Of a stretch of 64,000 nucleotides of DNA, positions 28,812-36,964 are shown in pieces. The notes under the pieces were generated by a model. It was given only the letters and a program-made list of their open reading frames with translations. It did no database searches and was not told the origin of the DNA. Position numbers and translations under genes: made by a program. This DNA is from an uncultured virus (IMG/VR IMGVR_UViG_3300046455_000579) (lineage: Duplodnaviria > Heunggongvirae > Uroviricota > Caudoviricetes). The stretch is from the IMG/VR virus record IMGVR_UViG_3300046455_000579; one strand, written 5' to 3'. Each line of letters opens with the position of its first letter. Within the stretch, counting starts at the first letter, position 1.

Positions 28812-29192
28812 TTACCGGGCGCCGAGTTCGGCGGCCAGCTGCTGCGCTGCGTGGATGTGCGCGGGCAGCAGCAGGACCTTCAGGCCGCCCCCGGCCTGCC
28901 CGTCGGGGATCTCCTTCTGCCTCATGGCGATCTCCTCGCAGCCGAAGCAGTTGTGCGTGACGGCGATGTAGGAGTCCACGTATTCGCCGTTCTCGTCGAC
29001 CCACTCCGATTCGCGGGTGCCGCACTGCGGGCACATCCCGCGCAGGTAGTCGGCGTAGGCGAGGGCCTTGTCCCGGTCGCCGGCCGACCAGGTGCCGTCG
29101 CCGAGGCCCCGGAACTGCGAGTACGGGATGCGGTACTCGCGGCACAGGGCCATCTCGGCGCGGAACCGTAGGTCATCGGTCAGCCTTTTCCC
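28812..29192 (-). CDS. tail assembly chaperone extension (gpGT-like, reached by -1 frameshift)
   Basis: The -1 frame from the slippery G GGA AAA reads GKRLTDDLRFRAEM…CPQCG…CFGC. Confidence 0.75.
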   Translation of the reverse strand, partial: GKRLTDDLRFRAEMALCREYRIPYSQFRGLGDGTWSAGDRDKALAYADYLRGMCPQCGTRESEWVDENGEYVDSYIAVTHNCFGCEEIAMRQKEIPDGQAGGGLKVLLLPAHIHAAQQLAAELGAR

Positions 29193-29743
29193 AGGTCGGC
29201 CCGGGTGGTGTTCTGCACCCCGTAGGCGGCGTTGAACATCGCGTTGGCCTCGGCAAGCGACCAGGACTCGAGGAGCTCGCGCGCTTCGGTCTCGGTCATA
29301 CCGTCGACGGACGCGGCCGCGATCAGCGCGGCGGGGTATCCCTCGCCCCACTCCTTGCCGTCTTCGGATTCCGCCTCGGACGCCGGATGCGCCTTGAAGA
29401 CGGCTTCGTAGGCCGGGCGGGGCAGGGCGCGGAAGCGGATGGCGATGGCGACCTGGTCGTAGGCGGCGTTCGCCTCGTCCCGCTCCCGGGTGGCGGTGGC
29501 GAGGTCGGCGGCCGCCTCAGCGTCCTTGGGGTGGGCCTTGGCGTAGTTCTCGGCCAGGTCGAACGCGCGGGCGGCCCGGTTGTGGCGGTCGCGGACGGCC
29601 TGGTCGTCGCAGATGACGAAGGTGGTCTCGGCGAGCGACCGGTTGCGGAGCCGGTTCATCTTGGCGGACCAGTGCGCGTCGGCGGCCACAGCCTGCGCGG
29701 GCGGCTCGGGGGTGGCGGTCTGCCGGGTTCGGGTGGTGGTCAT
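29180..29743 (-). CDS. tail assembly chaperone (gpG-like)
   Basis: Between tail tube and tape measure; ends …DLGKG with GGGAAAA at 29186-29192. Confidence 0.8.
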   Translation of the reverse strand: MTTTRTRQTATPEPPAQAVAADAHWSAKMNRLRNRSLAETTFVICDDQAVRDRHNRAARAFDLAENYAKAHPKDAEAAADLATATRERDEANAAYDQVAIAIRFRALPRPAYEAVFKAHPASEAESEDGKEWGEGYPAALIAAASVDGMTETEARELLESWSLAEANAMFNAAYGVQNTTRADLGKG

Positions 29744-29858
29744 GGCGGGTGGGTCCTCCGGTTCGGGAAGGGGACCCGGCCGGGCGCCGATGGGCGCCCC
29801 TTCCCGAACGCGTCGGGGCCCGGCCGGGCGTAGAGGGGGTGTTGCGGTCCGGCTGGGG

Positions 29859-30662
29859 TCAGCCGCCCGGCGTGGTCGTGGAGACCGTGACGGTCGGTGT
29901 GGTGCCGCCGGTCAGGGTCGCGGTCGCGGTCATCTGCGGGACGTCGGCGCCGTCGTAGGCGCCACCGAACGTGACGACGACCGGGGTTCCCGGGTGCGGG
30001 CCGCCGGTGCAGACGACGTCGCCGGACGCGATGTTCGACAGCGCCTCGAGCGCGGACTGCACGGCGGACGCGGCAGCGTTGTACACGATGGCCGCGGTGG
30101 TCTGCCCGGAGAAGGTCAGCGTGTACGAGCCACCGGTGGGGGTGCCGGTGATCGTGATCGTCTGGACCTCGTCCGTGCCCGCGGCGGGCACCGGTGCGCC
30201 CTGGAGCGGCCGGCTCGTGATGGAGCAGGTGGCCATGAACTTGGCGGCCTCGTTGTCGGCGGTGTACTGCGGCGACTGGGAGGCGACCCGGATCGGGAAG
30301 ACGTCCATCGAGTTGTTCGCGGGGACGTCGCCCTTACGCATGATCACGATGTAGGCGTTCGTGCCCTTCGCGAAAAGCTGCTCCAGGTCGGCGTCTTCCT
30401 CGTCCTCGTAGAACGTGAAGCTGCTGGAGTCGGCCTTGTCGCTGCCGGGGATGGTGGAGTCGTAGGTGTCCGCCATGTCCGGCGTGTCGATCTCGTTGTT
30501 GGCGACCGTCCACCCGTCCATCGCGGCGATGTAAGGGGAGAACTCGGTGCCGGCGGAGATCTCGCTGCGCGTGGGCAGCATGTCGTCGGACGCGATCGAC
30601 GGCACGAAGAAGAACTTCGACGTACCGCGCCGCATGTACTTCTTCGGCTTGGCAAGCAGCAT
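29859..30662 (-). CDS. major tail (tube) protein with an appended C-terminal beta domain
   Basis: Actinophage tail-tube-like N-terminal part; C-terminal TDEVQTITITGTPTGGSYTLTFSGQTT domain. Confidence 0.8.
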   Translation of the reverse strand: MLLAKPKKYMRRGTSKFFFVPSIASDDMLPTRSEISAGTEFSPYIAAMDGWTVANNEIDTPDMADTYDSTIPGSDKADSSSFTFYEDEEDADLEQLFAKGTNAYIVIMRKGDVPANNSMDVFPIRVASQSPQYTADNEAAKFMATCSITSRPLQGAPVPAAGTDEVQTITITGTPTGGSYTLTFSGQTTAAIVYNAAASAVQSALEALSNIASGDVVCTGGPHPGTPVVVTFGGAYDGADVPQMTATATLTGGTTPTVTVSTTTPGG

Positions 30663-30801
30663 TCGTGGGCCCCTTGGTCCCGGGGCCTTCGAGGTCTGTG
30701 GGACCCGGCCCCTTACACGGTGTGTATGGGTGGCGGCCACCTGCCTGGTGGCGTCCGCGTGGGGTCCCGCCGCGGTGCGGTCATACAGCCCTGACCTTCG
30801 G

Positions 30802-31251
30802 TCAGGTGGAAGTCAGGTCGAACCTGAACCTGCTGGCACTGCTCATGATTCCATCGGCGGCGTCAGGTGTTCCCCCCGCTTCGACCTCGGCGGCCCGGCC
30901 GATGACCCTGGCGCCGGACACGGCCAGGGCGTGAAGCCACGCGCGGGTGACCGGGTTGCGGCCGAGGAGGACTTCGCGGGCGGTGTCGGCCAGCCACTCC
31001 ATCTGGTCCTGGGTGCCGTGCGAGTCCGGGGCGGCCAGGTCGCGGGCGGAGATGCAGTTGACCTGGTAGATGAGGCTGCAGTCCTCGTTCAGGTCCGAAA
31101 ACGGCGCTCCGGAGGTCTGCCGGTCGATGAAGTGCAGGATGTAGTACTCGGTCGGGTTCCCGTCCGGGATCACGCCCTCCCCGACCGGCTTCCCGGTGCC
31201 GGTGGCGAGCAGGGTGACGAGCGCGTTGGTGACCAGCCGCGTTTTGATCAC
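30802..31251 (-). CDS. tail terminator
   Basis: Position before the tail tube; GTG overlaps the upstream stop. Confidence 0.65.
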   Translation of the reverse strand: MIKTRLVTNALVTLLATGTGKPVGEGVIPDGNPTEYYILHFIDRQTSGAPFSDLNEDCSLIYQVNCISARDLAAPDSHGTQDQMEWLADTAREVLLGRNPVTRAWLHALAVSGARVIGRAAEVEAGGTPDAADGIMSSASRFRFDLTST

Positions 31252-31634
31252 AGCAGGACCTCCGCGAGGGCGAGGCGCATCGTCGCCATCAGCGTGGCCT
31301 CGATGAACGGCAGGGCCGGCTGGACGTGCGGGAACGGCGGCTGGTTGTAGTTGCGGCCGATGCTGTCCATGCCGACGAAGCCGAACTCGAGGCGTCGGCC
31401 CTGGGGCGCGTTGGTGCCCAGGGTGCAGATCGCCCCGTGGGGAATCCTTCGGGTGTCGGTCTGCCAACTGTTGCGGTAGGCGCCGGTGATGACGTTCGGT
31501 CCGGGCCGGCCGGAGGCGTTGCCCCGGATCCTGGCCTGCCCGAGCGTGCCGGTGTGCTCGACGGCGTGCGCGATGGCCGGGCCGACCTTCTTCGCGGCGA
31601 GCTCGAGCTTGGCGGCCAGTTCATCCGGGGTCAC
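31248..31634 (-). CDS. HK97 gp10-like tail component
   Basis: TGAYRNSW…RLEFG…QPPFPHVQPA. Confidence 0.8.
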   Translation of the reverse strand: MTPDELAAKLELAAKKVGPAIAHAVEHTGTLGQARIRGNASGRPGPNVITGAYRNSWQTDTRRIPHGAICTLGTNAPQGRRLEFGFVGMDSIGRNYNQPPFPHVQPALPFIEATLMATMRLALAEVLL

Positions 31635-32080
31635 AACGGTGCTCCGGGGGCCTGGTTCTGGTCCAGCGGGGTGATGCGGACGACTTCGGTGGTGGCGGCG
31701 CGGGACGGGTCCTGGCACGTCCACGTGCGGCCGATCAGAGCCGTGTTGGCGGGGTCATGGACCTGGACGACGGTGACAATGGCGTCCTTGGGCACGATGG
31801 GCGCCTCGAGCGGCGTCATCAGCCGGTACCTGGACTTGGTCTCCTGCACCCACGGCTGGAGCGCGCCGGGTGTCGCGGAGATCTCCGACTGCGCGGTCCC
31901 GCCCTGCACAGCCCCCGGCCCCTCGTACAGGATCTCCCCGTCCGGACGGGCCAGCTTGCCCGTGACCTCGTCGAGGACGGGCTTGCCGGTTGCAGGCAGT
32001 TCGACCCGCACGGTGTCCAGGAGCAGGTTCTTGCCCACCCAGGCGCGTACGCCGGCGAGGGCTGCGTCCAGTCCGGGCAT
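31631..32080 (-). CDS. head-tail stopper (DUF6093-like)
   Basis: LDEVTGK…ILYEGPGAVQ motif and gene position. Confidence 0.7.
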   Translation of the reverse strand: MPGLDAALAGVRAWVGKNLLLDTVRVELPATGKPVLDEVTGKLARPDGEILYEGPGAVQGGTAQSEISATPGALQPWVQETKSRYRLMTPLEAPIVPKDAIVTVVQVHDPANTALIGRTWTCQDPSRAATTEVVRITPLDQNQAPGAPL

Positions 32081-32478
32081 CAGGTCCTCCCCTGCGCCCA
32101 CTCGGCGAGCTGCTTGAGGATCGCCTCGGTGACGCCCGTCTTCCCGTCCTCGAGGTCCATGCGGTCCAGCGCGGCACGTTGCACGGCCGCCGGGTCCAAG
32201 CCGAGGACGAATTCGGCGATGGCGGCGCCAGTGTCCTGCTGGACGGCGACCGCCACCCGGGACAGGCCTTCGAACGCGACGTGGTCGGCCTGCCGGATGT
32301 GCAGGACCAGCATGGGCAGGGAGTCGGCGATGGAGTGCTCGAGTTGGTAGCCCACGATCTGCCCGGCTGGCAGGGGGGTGCCGTCGATGCTGATGGTGGC
32401 GCTGCCGGGCTGCGCCTCGATACGGACGCCGCGCGCGGCCGACTCGGCGGGCCCGGTCTGCTGGGGCTGTTCGGTCAT
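32080..32478 (-). CDS. hypothetical phage protein
   Basis: Translationally coupled at both ends. Confidence 0.6.
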   Translation of the reverse strand: MTEQPQQTGPAESAARGVRIEAQPGSATISIDGTPLPAGQIVGYQLEHSIADSLPMLVLHIRQADHVAFEGLSRVAVAVQQDTGAAIAEFVLGLDPAAVQRAALDRMDLEDGKTGVTEAILKQLAEWAQGRT

Positions 32479-33329
32479 ACAGGATCTCCCGATACGAGGC
32501 CGCGGCGGCTGTTCAGGTCGGGGCGCGGGACCCACTGGCGGATACAGCCGTGGTGGGCGAGGGGGAAGGCGGCCGCGTCGTCTGCGGATCGGATGGTGCC
32601 GTCGGCATGGTCGGTGTCGGGGTGGGACTGGAATCCGCACTCCGGGCCGTCGATGCATTCGAACCAGTCGGCCTCGATGTCTAGGCGGCCGGTGTTGATG
32701 GCGCCGGCGTTCGCGGCGCTGACGCCCTGCCACATGAGGGCGGAACGAGCCCAGGCTTTGACGGGGTGGCGTGACTGGTCCGCGTAGATGACGGTGCTCA
32801 GCGGGTGGTCTGCGGTGAGTTTCGGGCTGTCGACGCGCGGGGTGCTGTATTCGACGATGACCTGCCGGACGGCAGTCTGCACTGCGCGGGCGAATGCTTG
32901 GGCGCGGCGGACTGCTTCGGAGATGCGCTGGATGAGGTCGACGTAGAACCCGGCGGTCAGGGTGGTGAGGGCTGCCTGGTGGGGGGTGGTCCAGCGGAAC
33001 AGGGTGACGTCGGCGGCAGCACGCTCGAGGGCGCGCAGGGCGCCGTCGCGGTAGATGGTGGGCAGCGTGGTCGCGGCCCAGCGTTCGGTGAACGCGCGGG
33101 CGGACCGGTCGAACTGGGCGACTTGGCCGTTGAAGACGGCCAGGGCTGTACGGAAGCGGCTGGTGGCCTGGTAGCCGGGCCGGATCTGCTCGACGGCGCG
33201 CAGGAGGTCGTCCTGGGCGAGGGTGAGGCGTTTCCATTCCCGGGTGAGCTGGGCGACGGCGGCCGCGATGGCCAGGAGGAGTTCCTCCCGTCCGTCGACG
33301 GTCCGGTCGACTGGGGTGGGGGTGGTCAT
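32475..33329 (-). CDS. minor capsid / head morphogenesis protein
   Basis: C-terminal DGPEC…H…DGTIRS…PLAHHGCIR motif. Confidence 0.7.
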   Translation of the reverse strand: MTTPTPVDRTVDGREELLLAIAAAVAQLTREWKRLTLAQDDLLRAVEQIRPGYQATSRFRTALAVFNGQVAQFDRSARAFTERWAATTLPTIYRDGALRALERAAADVTLFRWTTPHQAALTTLTAGFYVDLIQRISEAVRRAQAFARAVQTAVRQVIVEYSTPRVDSPKLTADHPLSTVIYADQSRHPVKAWARSALMWQGVSAANAGAINTGRLDIEADWFECIDGPECGFQSHPDTDHADGTIRSADDAAAFPLAHHGCIRQWVPRPDLNSRRGLVSGDPV

Positions 33330-33661
33330 CGCCGGGGCCGTTCGCGGAGGAAGAACACGCCCAGCGCGTCGGGGTCGCTGGCTTCGGGGTCCACCGGGTC
33401 GTCAGGCGCCGGCGGCTGACCGGCTTCGAGTGCGGCGATCTGCCGTTCGTAGGCGGCGATGTTCGCAGCGGTGTTGATGGCGACGACAGACACGACGGTG
33501 ATCCCGGACGGCTGGGCCAACAGGGCGGCGAGCCGTTCGCGGGCGATCTCGATGGCGACGGCGCGGGCGGTGCCGAGGCGGGTGTAGCGGGATACGAGGT
33601 CGGCCAGGTCGGTGTCGGTGCCGAGTTGGGCGAGCAGCCACGCTCTGACGGCGGTGTTCAC
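33326..33661 (-). CDS. head-tail adaptor-like protein
   Basis: GTG with GGAGG RBS; small helical protein after the capsid genes. Confidence 0.6.
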   Translation of the reverse strand: MNTAVRAWLLAQLGTDTDLADLVSRYTRLGTARAVAIEIARERLAALLAQPSGITVVSVVAINTAANIAAYERQIAALEAGQPPAPDDPVDPEASDPDALGVFFLRERPRR

Positions 33662-33703
33662 TGCTGCCTCCATCCGGGGTGGTGGTGGGAAGGGGGTGTG
33701 CGG

Positions 33704-33751
33704 GTGCGGGCCCGCCGGGTGGCGCCCCCACCACTGGTGGCGGGCCCGCAC
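33704..33751 (-). terminator. 13-bp stem hairpin after the capsid operon
   Basis: GTGCGGGCCCGCC / GGCGGGCCCGCAC. Confidence 0.55.
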
Positions 33752-33755
33752 GCCG

Positions 33756-34067
33756 CTAGTCGCCGCTGTTGCCCTCTCCAGCGGCGTCCCGGCCCCGAGA
33801 CCGGCTTGACGCCGCGGTCTTCTTCGCGGCCGTCTTCTTGGCCGCGGATGCGGCCTGCTTGGTGTCAGCTCCGTCCGAGTCGTCCGAGTCGTCGCCAGAG
33901 GCGTCGTCCTCGTCGGCTTCGGCGGGGAGGTTCCCGTCGATCCAGGCGGACGGGTTCGTCACCAGGGCGGCCAGCCGCGGTTCCGGGCAGGTGCCCGGGT
34001 CGAGGATGACCGTCTCGTGCGTCTCCGGGTCCGTCAGGTGCACGCTCGTTGCGAGTTGGGCGCCCAT
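33756..34067 (-). CDS. hypothetical phage protein
   Basis: Acidic and AAKKT low-complexity C-terminus; follows the capsid gene. Confidence 0.6.
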   Translation of the reverse strand: MGAQLATSVHLTDPETHETVILDPGTCPEPRLAALVTNPSAWIDGNLPAEADEDDASGDDSDDSDGADTKQAASAAKKTAAKKTAASSRSRGRDAAGEGNSGD

Positions 34068-34070
34068 GGC

Positions 34071-35132
34071 TCACCACACCGTCGCAGCGATGTGGATGTC
34101 GGGGGTGTACATGATGGGCATCGCCGCGGCGGAGCCCTTCGTCCACACCTCGACCGGGTCGTCCTCGTACCCGGAGGTGACGATGATGCCGGGGGCCTCC
34201 TCCTTGGTGATGGAGGGGTTGCCGCCGAAGGACAGCTTGATGCCCTCGGCGGTGAGGCCGTACTGGGTTTCGCCCATCTGGCGGGCGTCGGGCGGCAGCA
34301 GGAAGAACATGTTCTCCGGCAGGGGCCGCTTTGACGTGCCGTCGTCGAGGGGGATGGTGACGTCGTAGGCCTCGATGGGCGGCAGGTTGTACTGCGCGCG
34401 GACCACGTTGACGGCTTCCGGGGACAGGACGGCGGTCGGGGTGGCGCTGGGCGCTACGGACCGGTAGTACGCCGCCCGGTAGGAGTCGTTGGCCATGGCC
34501 AGCGACCTCGTCTTGTACGAGGTGAGCGCGCGGGTGGGGAGCGGTGCGCCGGTGGAGCGCAGGTACTCGATCCAGCGCATCTCGTCGCCGAGCATGTCGG
34601 CAGCCGGGTTGGTCCAGACGGTCCCGGCGGTCGGCATGTTGTTGGCCGGCACGTTGTGGTTGGCCTCGATGGTGAGGCCGTTCTCGCCGACCAGGGTGAA
34701 CTTGCCGTCGACCAGGAGGTCGCCAGCGGCCAGCTCGAGGCGGTGCTTGATGGACAGGACGTGGGCGGCGGTGTCGTCCCAGATGCTGTCCTTGAGGTCC
34801 TCGCCGTCCATGCCGCGGGAGACGGCCTCAAGGATGACCTGGAGTTCGTCGATCGTGTACTTCTGGCCGAGCGGCAGAAGCTGACCCTCGGTCTCGTACC
34901 GCTGGATCTCGCGGTCGGCGACCTTGACCTGGGCGTTCCACGCCCGGTACGACGCGGCGGCGACGCGCCGCTTGGTGCCGCGAGTCTTCCACTTCACCGA
35001 GTTGACTGTGCGCTCGGGGAAGACGGACTGCGTCAGCAGGTAGTCGGCCGGCGTCTGGATCTGCCGTACGAACGCGTTGATGACGGTGGGGTTGATGTCG
35101 CGGAGCAGGAGCTCCAGCATGTCGTCAGCCAT
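34071..35132 (-). CDS. major capsid protein (lambda E-like)
   Basis: 353 aa; RLELAAGDLLVDGK, GETQYGLTAE, DDPVEVWTKGSA. Confidence 0.85.
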   Translation of the reverse strand: MADDMLELLLRDINPTVINAFVRQIQTPADYLLTQSVFPERTVNSVKWKTRGTKRRVAAASYRAWNAQVKVADREIQRYETEGQLLPLGQKYTIDELQVILEAVSRGMDGEDLKDSIWDDTAAHVLSIKHRLELAAGDLLVDGKFTLVGENGLTIEANHNVPANNMPTAGTVWTNPAADMLGDEMRWIEYLRSTGAPLPTRALTSYKTRSLAMANDSYRAAYYRSVAPSATPTAVLSPEAVNVVRAQYNLPPIEAYDVTIPLDDGTSKRPLPENMFFLLPPDARQMGETQYGLTAEGIKLSFGGNPSITKEEAPGIIVTSGYEDDPVEVWTKGSAAAMPIMYTPDIHIAATVW

Positions 35133-35145
35133 GTCGGGCCCCTAC

Positions 35146-35883
35146 TCAGGCGGTCTTGTAGATGAAGTGGACGTTGGATCCGGCGGGTACGTCGGCCGGG
35201 TCGAAGGCGACGGGCAGGTACTTGGGGTTGACCTGGCCGAAGACCATGAGCGCCGCCTCGGACTTCGTGGCGCCCGGGTAGAAGGCGACCTCGGCGTAGA
35301 GGAACCCGGCGAACTTCTGGGTGCCGTCGGACGCGGTCGCGGTACCGCCCGCGGTGGTGGTGGCCATCGTGACGCCGGGGGTGGTGCCGCCGGTCAGGGA
35401 TGCGGTGGCCGTGGCGGAGGCGACGTTGTCGCCGAGGTACTGGCCGCCGAAGGTGAGCGTGTACGGGCCGCCCGCGTTGCCGGTGACCTTGATGTCGCCC
35501 GGGTTGACGTTGGACAGCGCCTCGAGAGCCGTCTGCACGGCGGCCGCGGTGGCGTTGTAGGCGATGGCCGCGGTGGTCTGCCCGGAGAACGTGAGGGTGA
35601 ACGTGCCACCCGTCGGGGATCCGGTGACCGTGGCGGTCTGGACCTCGTTGGTGACCGGGCTGTAGGGCTCGTACAGCGTGGTCGTGGTGTTGTAGCCGAG
35701 CGGGATGCCGGACTTCAGCTTGCGCTGCGGCTGGTGGGCGGTGCCCTCGACCCAGTGCAGGGTCTCGTCGAACGCCGTCAGGTCGAGAGTGATGGTCTCG
35801 TTGGTCTGCGACCCGAACGTGTTCATCAGCCAGCGGCGGCCGAACCCAAGGGTCTCTGTGGTGGTGTACGGCTGGATGGACAC
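35146..35883 (-). CDS. head decoration protein with an inserted beta domain
   Basis: LKSGIPLG…FAGFLY…AALMVFGQVNPKYLP decoration motifs flank an insert shared with the tail tube. Confidence 0.75.
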   Translation of the reverse strand: MSIQPYTTTETLGFGRRWLMNTFGSQTNETITLDLTAFDETLHWVEGTAHQPQRKLKSGIPLGYNTTTTLYEPYSPVTNEVQTATVTGSPTGGTFTLTFSGQTTAAIAYNATAAAVQTALEALSNVNPGDIKVTGNAGGPYTLTFGGQYLGDNVASATATASLTGGTTPGVTMATTTAGGTATASDGTQKFAGFLYAEVAFYPGATKSEAALMVFGQVNPKYLPVAFDPADVPAGSNVHFIYKTA

Positions 35884-35984
35884 GCCGTGCCCCTTTCGCG
35901 TGTTCCGCGGGTGTGGGAGAGGTCGCCTGCCTGGCGCCGTCCACGGGGGTCAGGGCGTGGTCCCTTGGGTGGTGCTGGTCTGGG

Positions 35985-36881
35985 TCAGGCTGCGTCCGGG
36001 GCGCGCAGGCCCCGGTCGATGGCCATCTGCCGGGCGGCTGCGTTGATGGCGTCCTTGTCGCCGACGGGCTGGCGGGGGGCGTTGCCTCCGGCCGGGCCGC
36101 CGGACGGGGCGGGGGGAAGCGTCAGGGGGGCGGCCGGGGCGCCGAACAGTTCGGGCCGGCGCTGCTTCAGCTTGTCGGCGGCCGCGGCAAGGGTGGCGGC
36201 GTCGGCGTCCGGGTTGTCGCGCAGGTCGCGGTCCAGCATGGCGAGCGCGTCCTGGAGGTTCGGGGCGGTGACGTTTCCCTGGTCGTCGGCGATGTCGAGG
36301 GCGCCGAGCCGGGTGAGGGCCTGCTCGCGGGCCAGCGCGCGCCGGTCCGCGGCGATCTGGGCGCGGTCCTGGTCCAGCTTGGTCCGGTCGTCCTGGAGGG
36401 TCTGGGCCTGGGTGGTGAGCTCCTCCTGGCGGCGCTGCTCCTCGGTGAGGCGTTCCTTGCGGGTGACCTCGGCGTCCTTGAGGAGTTGTCCGAACTTTTT
36501 GGGGTCGAAGTCGTCGGGGTCGAAGGGCAGTCCGGCGGATTCGGCGAGTTCACGCAGGGCGGCGCGGCGGCCCTTGGAGTTCTCCCGGGCCATGATCTTG
36601 GTGAAGGCGCTCTGGGTCATCGGGGCGCCGGTGCCGTGGTCGAGGAGGACGGCTTCGTCCACGCCCGCGGTCTGCGGCGCGGCAGGCTGTGGGGTGGGAG
36701 GCTGCTGGCCTGCGCGGGCGGCGACGTCGGCCGGGGAAGGCACGGCGGGAGCTGCCGGGGCGGGCGCTCCGCCCTGTCCGCCGTCGTTGTAGAACACGGC
36801 GGCCGCGAGGACACCCGTGTACGGGTGCGCCCAGGCGGTGCGCGGGGTGGGGCCGAGGTGGTGCTGCGCGGGGCGACGCAT
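35985..36881 (-). CDS. capsid scaffolding protein
   Basis: Coiled coil ending …KQRRPELFG; lies between portal and decoration genes. Confidence 0.7.
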   Translation of the reverse strand: MRRPAQHHLGPTPRTAWAHPYTGVLAAAVFYNDGGQGGAPAPAAPAVPSPADVAARAGQQPPTPQPAAPQTAGVDEAVLLDHGTGAPMTQSAFTKIMARENSKGRRAALRELAESAGLPFDPDDFDPKKFGQLLKDAEVTRKERLTEEQRRQEELTTQAQTLQDDRTKLDQDRAQIAADRRALAREQALTRLGALDIADDQGNVTAPNLQDALAMLDRDLRDNPDADAATLAAAADKLKQRRPELFGAPAAPLTLPPAPSGGPAGGNAPRQPVGDKDAINAAARQMAIDRGLRAPDAA

Positions 36882-36913
36882 CTGTCCAAGTCCTCCCAGA
36901 CTCGTACTGTTTC

Positions 36914-36964
36914 CAGGCCCCGCGCCTGAGATCAAGGACATCACAGATGTCACGAGGTGTTCCC
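36914..36964 (-). promoter_or_regulatory. late-promoter/hairpin element, copy upstream of the scaffold gene
   Basis: GGGAAC-N18-TGTCCT-N6-CAGGCGCGGGGCCTG. Confidence 0.65.
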
